Below are positions 12,352-25,429 of a stretch of 64,000 nt of DNA, piece by piece. A program made the translations under genes and the position numbers. Numbering within the stretch: position 1 is the stretch's first letter; every line of letters starts with the position of its first letter. Below the pieces are notes generated by a model. The model saw only the letters and a program-made list of their open reading frames with translations. It was not told where the DNA came from and did not search any database. Source of the stretch: Paraspadella gotoi (lineage: Eukaryota > Animalia > Chaetognatha); assembly GCA_051294375.1 (NCBI GenBank), contig CM119264.1, forward strand, positions 6,776,502-6,840,501, read 5' to 3'.

Positions 12352-13028
12352 GGACTCGCGACTTAGAACTCACGACTCAGGACTCACGACTCAGATCTCG
12401 CGACTCAGAACTCACAACTCAGATTCTCACGACTCAGGGACCTCACGATTTCAGAACTCGCAACGACTCAGACTTAAGCTCACGATTCCAGAACATTCTA
12501 CTGATGCGCTCAATCTCACGACTCTGAACTCAGATTATTAACTCACGACCGTTCTCGACTCAGGAACTCATGACTCAAATCCCTCATGACTCAGAACTCC
12601 ACGACTCAGACCTCACGATTCAGATACTCGCACTCAGAACTCACAACTCTAGACTCACACTCAAACTCACGAGCTCAGAACCTGGAGTCATATCGCGTCA
12701 AGACTCAGAACTACGATCATGACATTCATAACTCACCGAGCTGCCAGAATCAGACTTCATGAACCAGAACCTCATGAACGATCCACGACTCAGAACTCAC
12801 GCCAGCCACCGTCAGAACTCACGACTCAGAAACTTCAACAACTCAGAAACTCCACAACTCAGAATCACGACTCACGAACTCATGATTCAGATCTCAAGAC
12901 TCAGAACTCACACACATACAAGACTCACGATTCAGAACTCACGACTCAGAAATCAAGACTCAGAACTCAAGACTCAGAACTCGCGACTCAGAACTCACGA
13001 CTCAGAACTCACGACTCACGATTCACGA
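12352..13028 (+). repeat. Minisatellite with a 14-bp unit ACTCAGA-ACTCACG built from two alternating 7-mers
   Basis: gactcagaactcacgactcagaactcacgac is clean at 12950-13020 and noisier to the left. Confidence 0.95.
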
Positions 13029-14650
13029 CCGTCCAACACAATTAAATTAATGGACTCTCCGAGCTTTATTTAATTCAAAATGCAACTTTTAACATCTTCC
13101 ATCCTACATTTTCATAATTTGGCCCTTCGGAAAAATCATTTTTAGCCAATTCAACCCTTTTTTTAAACAGAAATAAAAGCTTAAATAAGAATTATTTCAG
13201 ATTCTTATTTTTATCAAGAGATCGTTCTCGAACAATAAAAATAATCTATAAACAAGAGTTTATGCGATAAGACAATACATGAATAAAATCCGTTTTGCCT
13301 GACAGATTTTTTTTTGTGTAACGATTCAGGTGAAAACCTTTTTCCCTTGATTAACGGCGAGAGAGAATTTCTAGGGAAAAAATAATTTTACGAATATTAA
13401 TATTCGAGGGGAAAAGAAAAAAGAAAGGAAAAAAAATAATGAAGGGAAAAAGTAATCAATAGAAAAAGAAGGAATTGAAGTGAGGAGATGAAAAAAAAAA
13501 CCGAAAAAATTAAAAGAACACGAAAAAAAAACATTTTCGTATCGATTGAAAACTCGAAAGTGGAAATCAAAATTTAAAGCTTTTAATTTTAAATATCCGT
13601 TTAAAGTTTTAAAACTTTAGCAGTTAACGTTTTTTGATTTTCTAACATAGACACCCTTGGATGTTACAAAGACAAGGTGTTCGAATTTCAATGTATTCAT
13701 ATTTGTAAAGTCGTGCATTGCATAAGTTCGCCCCACCTATAAGCAATTGAGTAATACCATAGGCTCATGACCAATAGGTACCGGGATCGGTGAGGGAAGC
13801 GAGAGGTCGCTCTTAAACCACCAGGGGGCCCTGGAAAAAACCCTCAAGTCTGGTTCCAAGCCCAGGACTCGTTCAATGGCTGCATTGGCTGCAAGAGTTG
13901 GTTTAAGAAGTTTTTTATCGCACTCTTCAGCCCTCTTAACGCCATATTTGCGCTTGAAAGCTTTTTATTTTTTAATACGTTTATATTTTAATTCGTTTCA
14001 TTTCTAAGCTGAAGTTGGAAATTAGAGAATTGAAAATTTGTTATTTACTATTTAGTCAAAATTTGGATAAAAGTTAAATTTTACTTTTTTTATTCTACTA
14101 AAGTAACGTTAGAAGATTTTTCCCAAAATTCTACTTCTAAAAAAAAACACGAAAAAATTGAATGATGTCTAATTCATACGCAGGCAGAAAGAAAAAGACA
14201 TCGATACGTTTTTGATTGTCAGAGGTGAATTATATTGACAGATTTTCAAATGATAAAAAAGCATATATCAATCATAACGAGAAACAAACAAACAACAAAT
14301 AACGACAAACACACTACAAACGAACGTGCACTGTCAGGCAGTGTAATTGAGACAGCCTGAGATTCCCGGAGAAGGTAAAAATTCATCTTTGCTGTAAGGT
14401 CAGGGGCTAAAAGATCGACTGGAACCACCGTCTAGTAATCGCGCATGTTTGAGGACAGCGTCACAACTGATTATTTTTGTTTACTTATAAAATCAGTAAA
14501 TAAAAGTTTTCGATGTTCAAAGATGTTAATCATTAGTATAATAAGGTTCATTCTGGAGCTGAAGCAATAAAAAAGGAGGTCAGTATAACATTGATGAGAG
14601 AAACTAATGGTTACAAACAGAAAAGTGGAGAAATTCCGATACCGGATGAT

Positions 14651-14775
14651 GATAGCAAATCGCAATGGCAGAGGGTGACGGCGAATCGTGATGGCAAAGG
14701 TTGATGGCGAATCGCGATTGAAGAGAATGACTTAGAATCGTAATGGCAGAGTCATCTTGATGGCAGAGGATGATG
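14651..14775 (+). repeat. Degenerate 26-bp tandem repeat, ~4.5 units (mirror at 28893-29016)
   Basis: gatagcaaatcgcaatggcagagggt / gacggcgaatcgtgatggcaaaggtt / gatggcgaatcgcgattgaagagaat / gacttagaatcgtaatggcagagtca. Confidence 0.85.
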
Positions 14776-15061
14776 AAACCGAGAATCGATCTTTTGCGTC
14801 CGAAACCAAAAAAAAAAGAGAGAAAAGTTGCGGAGGCGAATTGGAAAGGAAAGCGTCCTGGAGAGAAACGGCGCAAAAATGCAACGGAGAAGCAAATGGA
14901 GGAAAGTACAAAGGAGCCAAAGCGGAGGAGGAGGAGGAGGAGAAGGAGGAGGAGGATGAAGAGGAGGAGGTGAGAAATCAAAAGGGGGAGGAGAATTAGT
15001 AAGAGGAGAAGGAGGTGAAGAGAAAGGGCAGACGAATACGTGGGCGGAGAAAGGAGATAAT

Positions 15062-15141
<80 letters not shown>

Positions 15142-17646
15142 TGGCAATTTAAATGAACCTCAACGAAAGAAGCTCAATAGAAACTAAAAAAGGTAGCGGA
15201 AAGAAAGTCAGGATATGCAAATCTTCCTGACAGGATGCAGAATTGCAGATATCTAAATCGTTTTGCCAACGAACATCAGAAAATTTGACAATGAAAGTAA
15301 AAATTATTAACATAACTGGACGCAGTGACAGTTAAAAAGTGACAGTGAAAGACAGTTAAAAAGATAAGATCAAAAGAAGATTTCGAGGTAGGTCAGCGGA
15401 GGTCCGACGCGGCGCCGTCACTACAGAGCGGCTGCTGCGAAAGAGGAAACACAAGCCGAGGATTTGGAAAGCGGATTTGGTGAGAGGGATTCACCAGTCT
15501 CCATGGTGATAATCCATCCTTTGGAAAATATGGAAGCCGAAAAAAGATAGAAAAGGCTAAAATAGTAAGGAAAAAAAAAGAATCGTAGAAACGAAGAAAC
15601 AGAGATGTAAAATGATGAAAACAAACCAAAAAAACAATCATAAAAAAGTGGAAATAAAAAGGCTGAGAACCTGAAAAAGAAGACAACCCTCACTTCTCCT
15701 TCCCAAATTGAGTTATTAGATATAATGATAGGTAATAAATTTTTAAGAAAAAAAAACAATATATATTTGATTAAATAATATATATTAAATACTAAATCCT
15801 TCATGAAATATAAAAATAGAAAATAGTGAAACAGGTAATTTGCAAATTTTCATAAATGTATTGGGTTCGCAAGAAAATGAAGACAAATGTAAACGTCGTT
15901 TGAAACGGTTGTTCATTGGCCTGCGCTAATTCGTGCCTAGAGAAAGAATTTGGCAATAAAGGATCGCGTTTGTAATTTTTAAAGCGACAATTTGTGAAAC
16001 GCGTTCAAAGTTTACTTTTTCTAAGTCAAGTAAAGATAAAAATCTCGTTTATTCTTCGTCTCTAAAAAAACGTTTGACGAGATGCAATTAAATGGCGAAG
16101 TTCACTTTGGCCATTGTCTCTTCCAATTGCACCTGCTACTCACTATACCCGCCCTTCAGCCACCTGCAATCGTAATCCACCATCTGCTTCAACCAGAGAG
16201 CTACCTAAAATTACTTTCCTGATCTCTTATTCTCATTAGCACAAGTCTTCACCCGAGTTAAAGCTACCGCTGCCACCCACAATGGAATGCTTTTTTCTTC
16301 ATCCGCCCACCTCGTATACCTACCAAACTGCCTGTTCCCCTCAGCTCACAAAAGCAACAAAAAAAAAATATAAGAAAAAAATAAAAGGTCAACAGGCGAA
16401 TGGAAGGGGGAGGAAAAACCGATAAGAGTAAACAAAAGGAGTAAATAAAAGAACCAAAATGAAGACTGGATTCGATCATTGAGTTAAGCGAAGGATGTAT
16501 AATTGTATATATACTGTTTAACGGTAACCATGATAACGAAGTTTTTCTTTATGCTAACAGAAGCGTATCGATTCAACGTTAAGCCTTAAGATGAAATGTA
16601 AATATGCCTTTCAGCAAAGTATCTCGGTGGAAGAAAATGAAAAGCGTAAACGTCGTTGTTCTTTAGAAACTCCTGTTCGGTGAAGTTCCAAGAGAATACT
16701 ATTATACATTAAGTGAAAAAAACGTTATCAGATTAGCTGTAAGTGTAAAAAGGATTTTAACCGAGGCTTAGCTAGGAACGATTAACGGCAACAACAAAAG
16801 CGTCTCCCTGTGGATGACGGAAAACGGAATTCGAATTCGAATGATTTTTATAAAAGAATGAATCGGTTTGGTCTCCCAACGCTGCAGATAGCCAACCATC
16901 TACATTCGACAATATTCTTAAGAATCGACGAAAAACTGCAATTGTAATCGTCAATGGCCGAAGACTTTAGAATAAAGCAATTGGCGAGAGAGATTCGGGA
17001 TTGAAAGANNNNNNNNNNNNNNNNNNNNNNNNNTGCAAGCACAACCGAGTGAATATAGAGCAGAGAGAGAGAGAGCATTGCAGACAACCCCTCTGCCTTT
17101 CTTTATTGAATAGAGTTGACGCAGATGCCTTCCCATCCCTCTTTCACGCAGAGCGCACTGAGACTGACTATGCTCTATGTAGACTGAGTATGAGTTAAGA
17201 GAAGACTAGATCGGAGCGCGCAACCGCGAGACGTAGATATTGACTCCCTCTCTCTACTCTCTCAGCGATTTGATATTTGACGATGGGTTGTAGTAACCAG
17301 TGAAGAGAATTTCTTCATCTCACTGATTATTCGCCGAGGAACATCTCATTTCGAATCCTGGTGGGGTGGAGACAGCAAGGGCAACGGCGGGAGCATTTCT
17401 CATGAATCAGTTCTGCCTCCGAAAGATTTCGAAAAAATAGATGCCTGTTTGTTTCTGTTCCGGCAATATGATCATGGTCGAAGAGTGAATAAGAGAGAGA
17501 AATTCTCTTCTCAGAAACACTAAAAGAACAAAACCTGACGACGAGAGCCAGAGGGCAGACAAATCGGTAGGCTCCTCGGCCTGCCGCATAGTACACAGAC
17601 GATCCTCAGCGATCAAGAGAGGGGCGAAAGAGGGAGGGGAGGAGGA

Positions 17647-17656
17647 TATATAAAAG
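17647..17656 (+). promoter_or_regulatory. TATA box upstream of the candidate peptide-precursor gene (mirror at 26306-26314, minus strand)
   Basis: TATATAAAAG within purine/G-rich flanks. The first ATG shared by both copies downstream is 17935 (caaATGG). Confidence 0.5.
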
Positions 17657-17722
17657 AAAGGCAGAGGGGTTGTGCAAGGCTAATCTTCGGTTGTGCTGAG
17701 TTGAGATCTTATTCCTCCATTT

Positions 17723-17801
<79 letters not shown>

Positions 17802-17934
17802 TGAGAGAGAGAGAGAGAGAGACTGTGTTCTGTGTTCATTAGCGACGTCAATTTCCAACTCATTTTTCTCCGAGACGCCAGACTCCAGAATTGAAACGGC
17901 TTCCAGAGAAAAAACCTACAATATTTTTTTTCAA

Positions 17935-18550
17935 ATGGCCTCTTTTTTTATTTTTTTTATCTTTATTTTTTCCCTTTTTATTTTTCTTTTCCTTTTTTCC
18001 CTTTTTCCCCTTCTTTTCCTTTTTTCCATTCTCTCCCTTTCATCCCTTCATTCTTAGTCGTAATCCATATAAACACAAAAGGCAAAACTGACATTTTCTA
18101 CGAGTTCGTTAATTCCTAAAATTCCTTATATTGTTTTAACAGTCGGAGCCTCATGTGGCCATATTTTTGGGGGCGTTTCATAAATTTGTTATCCCAATCG
18201 AAATACCATTTGCTGCAAAAAACAAAAAAAAATTGTGAACGATTGAATAATGACAGTGACAAGGCAGCGATTGCAGCAAGGCTGCGATTGCCGCAAGGCC
18301 CGGCGTTACTCAATGATCGTAGTCATGACAACGACGAGATTTTCAAAATGGCGCTGGCATCGAAATGGAATTCCTCCGCCGTCGCTTCATCGCGCGGAAT
18401 GGAACGACCTCTCGGGTAGAAGGGTTGACGACGACGGCTATACAGACAACGACGACGACGACGACGACGACGACCACGACGAAAACCCGTTTTGGAAACG
18501 TGCCCTATTGGAGGTGGGGGCGAGGCTGCGTTGAGAAACGTCGAAGCTGA
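17935..18550 (+). CDS. Candidate secreted W-amide peptide precursor, copy 1 (exon 17935-18056, intron 18057-18142, exon 18143-18550; indel errors in the 3' half)
   Basis: Phe/Leu-rich leader MASFFIFFIFIFSLFIFLFLFSLFPLLFLFSILSLSSLHS, then YRSLMWPYFWGR, an acidic spacer and ENPFWKRALL. The donor GTCGTA is weak, but the splice keeps frame in both copies. Confidence 0.45.
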
Positions 18551-19018
18551 GGTGATACATTCCCCAGTCGTCGTACATAGCTAAAGAGAGCAAATAATAA
18601 GAGTGATGTTTGTCTCATGTGGCCCTTTCAAATGGGCTATGAAAGTAGTCAATCAAAAGGAAAATCATGATTCGTCTTGATTCGTCGAAAAATTGCCCAA
18701 TAATATCGCATTTGCTTGTATCATAGTTTATCATATTCTACAACTTCTATCACTTATGTATATCGCCTTCTCCTAACATTTATTTTTATTTCCCTCTCTT
18801 TCTCTCTTTCAATTTCCCTCTTGGTTTTCTTCCTCGCCTTTTACCTCCCTCTCTTTCTCCATTCCTCCGTCCCTCCCTAAATAGCCCACCGCCCTTTCGA
18901 AGCCCCCCCCCTTGGTTCTGACCCGCCTTTTTCGTCACTCACGCTTCACCATCGTCGGAGGCCGCGTGAAATTAAGGACCACATTGACGTCGAGTGGGGG
19001 ACGCGTGAGAGAAGAGAG

Positions 19019-19080
<62 letters not shown>

Positions 19081-19221
19081 GAATGCGGTAATTGGCTTTG
19101 GGAGGAGGGCGACAGAGAATCTGAGCTGCTTCAGCAAGCACAAAAGTAGCAGCAACGCAGAAAAAAGGCGCAACTGCAGCTTTTAACAGGGTTTGTCGAC
19201 CGAAATCGACCCGATTTTAGA

Positions 19222-19321
<100 letters not shown>

Positions 19322-19342
19322 TTTTTAGTTTCTTTCATATTC

Positions 19343-19833
19343 ATGAAGACATCGACGCCCAGCGGTAATCCTCCAGCCCCGACATCGCATCCTCGCACAC
19401 ATCGCTTCATCATCGTTGGAGCGTGAAAATCGAGGCGAGCGCCAAAACAGTCGCTCGTCGATGTCGTCATCGGCTCTCGTCGTCCCGTCGTCCATAAACC
19501 ATCGCGAATCGAGGAGAGGGAAAGGATCTTATTTGGGAGGGGGGGGCGAAAGGGGTTAGGGATAGATTTACGAGTGGATGTCCAAGGGTGAAGAGCAAGA
19601 GCAGGGCGGGGAAGGATAAAGGATAATGATAAAGGGTAGTGATATAAAACCAAGGTAAGTAGATTAAAACAAATTACGTTGTTTATGACCTTTAAAATTT
19701 TATTGTTTCTATGAGGTCCGAGTAATTTCGCGAGGGCGAGTCGGCCTTTCCTCGAGCGCGGCCGCATCGGAACGCCGGTCGGACAAGCGGGGCCTTGGCA
19801 GCGTCGCGGAAGTGGGAGGCGTGCCAAAAATTG
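19343..19833 (+). CDS. Possible second small spliced gene (mirror ~24172-24653, minus strand); frame unresolved
   Basis: ATG after a CT tract gives MKTSTPAVIL..ILAHIASSSLERENRGERQ. A strong AAG|GTAAGT donor lies at ~19655, followed by a GC-rich segment that reads SDKRGLGSVGGSGRRAKN* in the mirror copy. Confidence 0.25.
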
Positions 19834-20337
19834 ACACGATCCCGTGGCGTTCGTCATTTCGGTGCTGACACCTCGCGGACGAAATGTCGTTGAAAACAAA
19901 TGACGCGGAATTTTATGAATCGTGAATTCTTGCGCGAAGATTTGCTTGCATCACGTGAGCTAAAGAAAATCGCTTCGAAAATTGTAAACTACGACGAAAT
20001 TTCCTAAGTCGAAGAAATGTTTCTATTATCCTTTTGACTTATGTTAACTTATTTTTACTGGGAAAATTGTTTTCCTTAAAACCAGAGAGTCAACTTTAAA
20101 CGTTATCAAATTATAAATAATAAATATTCTTTTTTGAATTAACAAAATATTAAGTACTTTTTTGAATGTGTGTTGATTTCTTTTCTTCCGTTTTTTTTAA
20201 ACAGAGTCCTGGATAACCCCCCCGGCACTCCACACACAAGACGCCATCTGGCTTTTGTATTTACGCCTCGTCGTTTCAGGTTTAACGTCTTTTTTTTAGC
20301 TGCTGGAGAAAAAATACAAGACATTCGTTTTTTCTTT

Positions 20338-20428
<91 letters not shown>

Positions 20429-21034
20429 ATCTAACTATCTATCTTACTTACTTTCTTTCTTTCTTTCATTCTTACTTTCTTTTTTTCTTCTTTCTTAAAT
20501 TTCAATTTTAGCTTAATAATGTAAACATCAAACTTAGGAAAATTGATTTTTAATCTTTTTTTCTCTTTCTGGTTATCATAATCCTAATCTAGTCAACACA
20601 CCCCTTTTCTTTACCTTTCTCTCTCCAAAGCCTTATCATCGTAAAGAAACCAATATTAAATTGGATAATCACCTAAAACTGCACTAAAAATGCCCAAATT
20701 CTAACGCGTCTTGTTTTCGGGGCTTCAATTCACAACATGCTTGTAAATTTTCACTAAAATTTTATTATTCCTGTTATTTTATTAATATTATATATATTAT
20801 ATTATCACTTTTCTATAAAATCCTATACGAAACTCTCCTGGCGAATGACCGACCAACAAACATTTTAATCTAATACATAAATTATACATTTTATATACAT
20901 AATATGCCGCGATACAAACTCGTTATCGGTGTCGCGCTCGAATTCATAAATAATTTTCCGAGCCATATTTCCCAAAAGGACACGAATTTAGCCACAATAC
21001 AGAATCAAATATATTTTTAAACTTCGAAATTATG

Positions 21035-21165
21035 TTAAGGGTTAGGGATAGGGTTAGGTTAGATATTAGGGTTAGTGATTAAGAAAAGGGTTTGGTTAAG
21101 GATTAGGGTTAGGGGATTAGGGATAAGGTCAGGGATTTAGGTTAAAATTAAGTTTAAGGATTAGG
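21035..21165 (+). repeat. Degenerate interstitial telomere-like (TTAGGG/TTAGG)n array
   Basis: ttaagggttagggatagggttaggttagatattagggttag...gattagggttaggggattaggg. Confidence 0.85.
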
Positions 21166-21179
21166 AACAGAATTGGGGC

Positions 21180-21204
21180 GAAATTGGAAAATAGTACCAA
21201 TTTC
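21180..21204. other. Small hairpin at the inner end of the left arm (mirror ~22818-22841)
   Basis: GAAATTGG-aaaatagta-CCAATTTC, ending 3 bp from the arm boundary. Confidence 0.7.
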
Positions 21205-21966
21205 CGTATTGAAACTTATATAACTATTATTTATTTTTTCCCACCGATTAATATAACACACGCTTTATTTAAAAAAACGGTTGGCTATAGTTATCTTCTC
21301 CTTATAACATAGAACTCACTGGGAGAATTTCTATGCTTTCAAAATACGGTAAGACATAATTTCTTTTACGTTAATCATTCTATTTATGGTATCTGCCCTT
21401 ATTAAGAAGAAACTAAAATGATTTTTTATGGTAAGGGCAACTTTTAAAGATTAATTGCTTGTCAGATCTATCGTGTTTTTTAGATATTAGGCAAAAAAAC
21501 GGCACACTATATTTTAAAACTTTTTCTCTCTTTAACCTTCTCTCTGTCCCTCTCTTTTTCTCTCTTCTCTCTATCTTCTCTCTCCCTTTCTCCGACTTTT
21601 CTGTCATCATATTTCTCTGTGTCATCCCTTCTTTTCTTCCTTTACCTTTATTTCCTTCCTCTCTATCTCTGCTTATCTCTCCCTCTCTGATTCTCTTTCT
21701 TCCCTCTTTCTTATCTTTTCTTTTCTCCTAATTGTTCTCGTTCTCCCCCTTCTCCCCATATATTAATTTCTTTCCACTCTTTTTCTCTCTCCTGAAACTT
21801 TTTTTTCATCCAGCTCTCTCTTCTCTTCTCTTTTTCTCATTCTCACTCATTTTTTGCATTTATATCATACTAGACGTATAAAAATCTTTAAAATGTATTG
21901 TAAGAAAAAAAATATTTGGTAGCGTATGATTTTATTCAAAGTTTGGTTGCCTAGCAGATTTAAAAA

Positions 21967-22013
21967 AATCGACAGATTTTTGCGGAAATTTTTTCCGCAA
22001 AAACCTGTCGATT
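21967..22013. repeat. 47-bp near-perfect palindrome/hairpin in the spacer of the large inverted repeat
   Basis: AATCGACAG-a-TTTTTGCGGAAA-ttt-TTTCCGCAAAAA-c-CTGTCGATT: 21 paired bases, one mismatch, 3-nt loop. Confidence 0.95.
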
Positions 22014-22855
22014 GAGAGAAATTAATTTACTGACGCTTCCCCTTTCATTAAAAGAAGGCGGTTTTTTTTAATCTTTCCACCTTAGTGTGTTTCTCATCTA
22101 TTAAAACTATAAAATAAGTTAAAAATCGAGCTTTAGTTCAAATAAAACGCTCCTCACAAATCCTCACAAATTAAAAGTAGGCTTAAAAAATTATTTTTCA
22201 GCAAAAGTATTAAATTTTTTGACATAATTTTTTAGGTACCAGAAGCACCGTTGATAGGGAATATTTGATCATAATTGTGGACATTTTGAAATATTTTCGT
22301 TTAACAAATTGTACATAAAATATAAAAATGTAAGTTTTTCACTAGTCAATTTAAAAATTAATTCATAGACAAAACAATAGATGATCAATGTCAAATGAAA
22401 CAACTCAGAGGTAAAGAAGATAAGAAGGACCCGAAATCCGGAGTAAACAATTTTTCTTCAATGATCTTGACGTTCAAAAGTCAAGACAAAAGTCAAAATG
22501 GACAAAAAATGGACATAATTTTTTTATTAAAAGTTGCAAAAATGGTATTTATTCTTGATTAGAAAATGCAGCAGATGACTTGAATTAATCCGTAGTCCAG
22601 CCCTCTTTGTCTTAGGATTCAAATTTAATCAATATTGTAGGTAATATTCTAGCAATATGGCAAAAAGTGGTTTTTTTGCTGAATTCCTGCCTATATTAAA
22701 TATTAAAGCGTCACAACGACAAGTTTCCTCTCTGCTTATCAAGGCTATTAACGCCATTCATTCAAATATCGATATTTTTATAATCTCCCTCGTAGGAAGT
22801 TTTTTTCCCCATTGACGGAATTGGTACTATTTTCCAATTTCGCCCCAATTCTGTT

Positions 22856-22985
22856 CCTAATCCTTAAACTTAATTTAACCTAAATCCCTGACCTTATCCC
22901 TAATCCCCTAACCCTAATCCTTAACCAAACCCTTTTCTTAATCACTAACCCTAATATCTAACCAACCCTATCCCTAACCCTTAAC
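22856..22985 (-). repeat. Degenerate (CCCTAA)n array, mirror of 21035-21165
   Basis: cctaatccccta accctaatcc...aaccctatccctaaccctta. Confidence 0.85.
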
Positions 22986-24673
22986 ATAATTTCGAAGTTT
23001 AAAAATATATTTGATTCTTTATTGTGGCTAAATTCGTGTGCCTTTTGGGAAATATGGCTCGGAAAATTATTTATGAATTCGAGCGCGACACCGATAACGA
23101 GTTTGTATCGCGGCATATTATGTATATAAAATGTATAATTTATGTATTAGATTAAAATGTTTGTTGGTCGGTCATTCGCCAGAGAGTTTCGTATAGGATT
23201 TTATAGAAAAGTGATAATATAATATATATAATATTAATAAAATACAGGAATAATAAAATTTAGTGAAAATTTACAAGCATGTTGTGAATTGAAGCCCCGA
23301 AAACAAGACGCGTTAGAATTTGGCATTTTTAGTGCCAGTTTTAGGTGATTATCCAATTTAATATTGGTTTCTTTACGATGATAAGGCTTTGGAGAGAGAA
23401 AGGTAAAGAAAAGGGTGTGTTGACTAGATTAGGATTATGATAACCAGAAAGAGAAAAAAAGATTAAAAATCAATTTTCCTAAGTTTGATGTTTACATTAT
23501 TAAGCTAAAATTGAAATTTAAGAAAGAAGAAAAAAAGAAGTAAGAGATGAAAGAAAGAAAGAAAGTAAGTAAGATAGATAGTTAGATAAGGAAAGAAAGA
23601 AAGAAAGAAAGGAAAAGAAAGAAAGAAAGAAAGAAAGAAAGAAAAGAAAAGAAAGAAAAAGAAAGAAAGAAAAGAAAAAAACGAATGTCTTGTATTTTTT
23701 CTCCAGCAGCTAAAAAAAAGACGTTAAACCTGAAACGACGAGGCGTAAATACAAAAGCCAGATGGCTCTTGTGTGTGGAGTGCCGGGGGGGTTATCCAGG
23801 ACTCTGTTTAAAAAAAACGAAGAAAAGAAATCAACACACATTCAAAAAAGTACTTAATATTTTGTTAATTCAAAAAAGAATATTTATTATTTATAATTGA
23901 TAACGTTTAAAGTTGACTCTCTGGTTTTAAGGAAAACAATTTTCCCAGTAAAAAAAAGTTAACATAAGTCAAAAGGATAATAGAAACATTTCTTCGACTT
24001 AGGAAATTTCGTCGTAGTTTACAATTTCGAAGCGATTTTCTTTAGCTCACGTGATGCAAGCAAATCTTCGCGCAAGAATTCACGATTCATAAAATTCCGC
24101 GTCATTTGTTTTCAACGACATTTCGTCCGCGAGGTGTCAGCACCGAAATGACGAACGCCACGGGATCGTGTCAATTTTTGGCACGCCTCCCACTTCCGCC
24201 GACGCTGCCAAGGCCCCGCTTGTCCGACCGGCGTTCCGATGCGGCCGCGCTCGAGGAAAGGCCGACTCGCCCTCGCGAAATTACTCGGACCTCATAGAAA
24301 CAATAAAATTTTAAAGGTCATAAACAACGTAATTTGTTTTAATCTACTTACCTTGGTTTTATATCACTACCCTTTATCATTATCCTTTATCCTTCCCCTG
24401 CTCTTGCTCTTCACCCTTGGACATCCACTCGTAATCTCTATCCCTAACCCCTTTCGCCCCCCCCCTCCAAATAAGATCCTTTCCCTCTCCTCGATTCGCG
24501 ATGGTTTATGGACGACGGGACCACGAGAGCCGATGACGACATCGACGAGCGACTGTTTTGGCGCTCGCCTCGATTTTCACGCTCCAACGATGATGAAGCG
24601 ATGTGTGCGAGGATGCGATGGCTGAGGATTACCGCGGGCGTCGATGTCTTCATGAATATGAAAGAAACTAAAA

Positions 24674-24752
<79 letters not shown>

Positions 24753-24892
24753 TTTCTAAAATCGGGTCGATTTCGGTCGACAAACCCTGTTAAAAGCTGC
24801 AGTTGCGCCTTTTTCTGCGTTGCTGCTACTTTTTGTCTTGCTGAAGCAGCTCAGATTCTCGTCGCCCTCCTCCCAAAGCCAATTACCGCATT

Positions 24893-24974
<82 letters not shown>

Positions 24975-25429
24975 ACGCGTCCCCCACTCGACGTCAATGT
25001 GGTCCTTAATTTCACGCGGCCTCCGACGAATGGTAAGCGTGAGTGACGAAAAAGCGGGTCAGAACCAAGGGGGGGGCTTTCGAAAGGGCGGTGGGCTATT
25101 TAGGGAGGGACGGAGGAATGGAGAAAAGAGAGGGAGGTAAAAGGCGAGGAAGAAAACCAAGAGGGAAATTGAAAGAGAGAAAGAGAGGGAAATAAAAATA
25201 ATGTTAGGAGAAGGCGATATACATAAGTGATAGAAGTTGTAGAATATGATAAACTATGATACAAGCAAATGCGATATTATTGGGCAATTTTTCGACGAAT
25301 CAAGACGAATCATGATTTTCCTTTTGATTGACTACTTTCATAGCCCATTTGAAAGGGCCACATGAGACAAACATCACTCTTATTATTTGCTCTCTTTAGC
25401 TATGTACGACGACTGGGGAATGTATCACC

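Noticed and set aside
12352-13028. CRISPR-like or repeat-protein reading of the minisatellite
   Set aside because: Contiguous 7/14-bp units without unique spacers, a unit length not a multiple of 3, and a eukaryotic context.
13690-13960. GC-richer island, possible SINE, ncRNA or LINE tail (similar islands at 16140-16340, 30560-31260 and 33830-33950)
   Set aside because: No convincing A/B boxes, tRNA fold or protein motif could be identified by eye.
17034-17620. Sequence present in the left arm but not the right arm (apparent insertion)
   Set aside because: Adjacent to a 25-N gap and looks like a garbled version of 26330-26690, so it is gap-fill noise.
21035-21165. True chromosome end
   Set aside because: The array is short, degenerate and internal.
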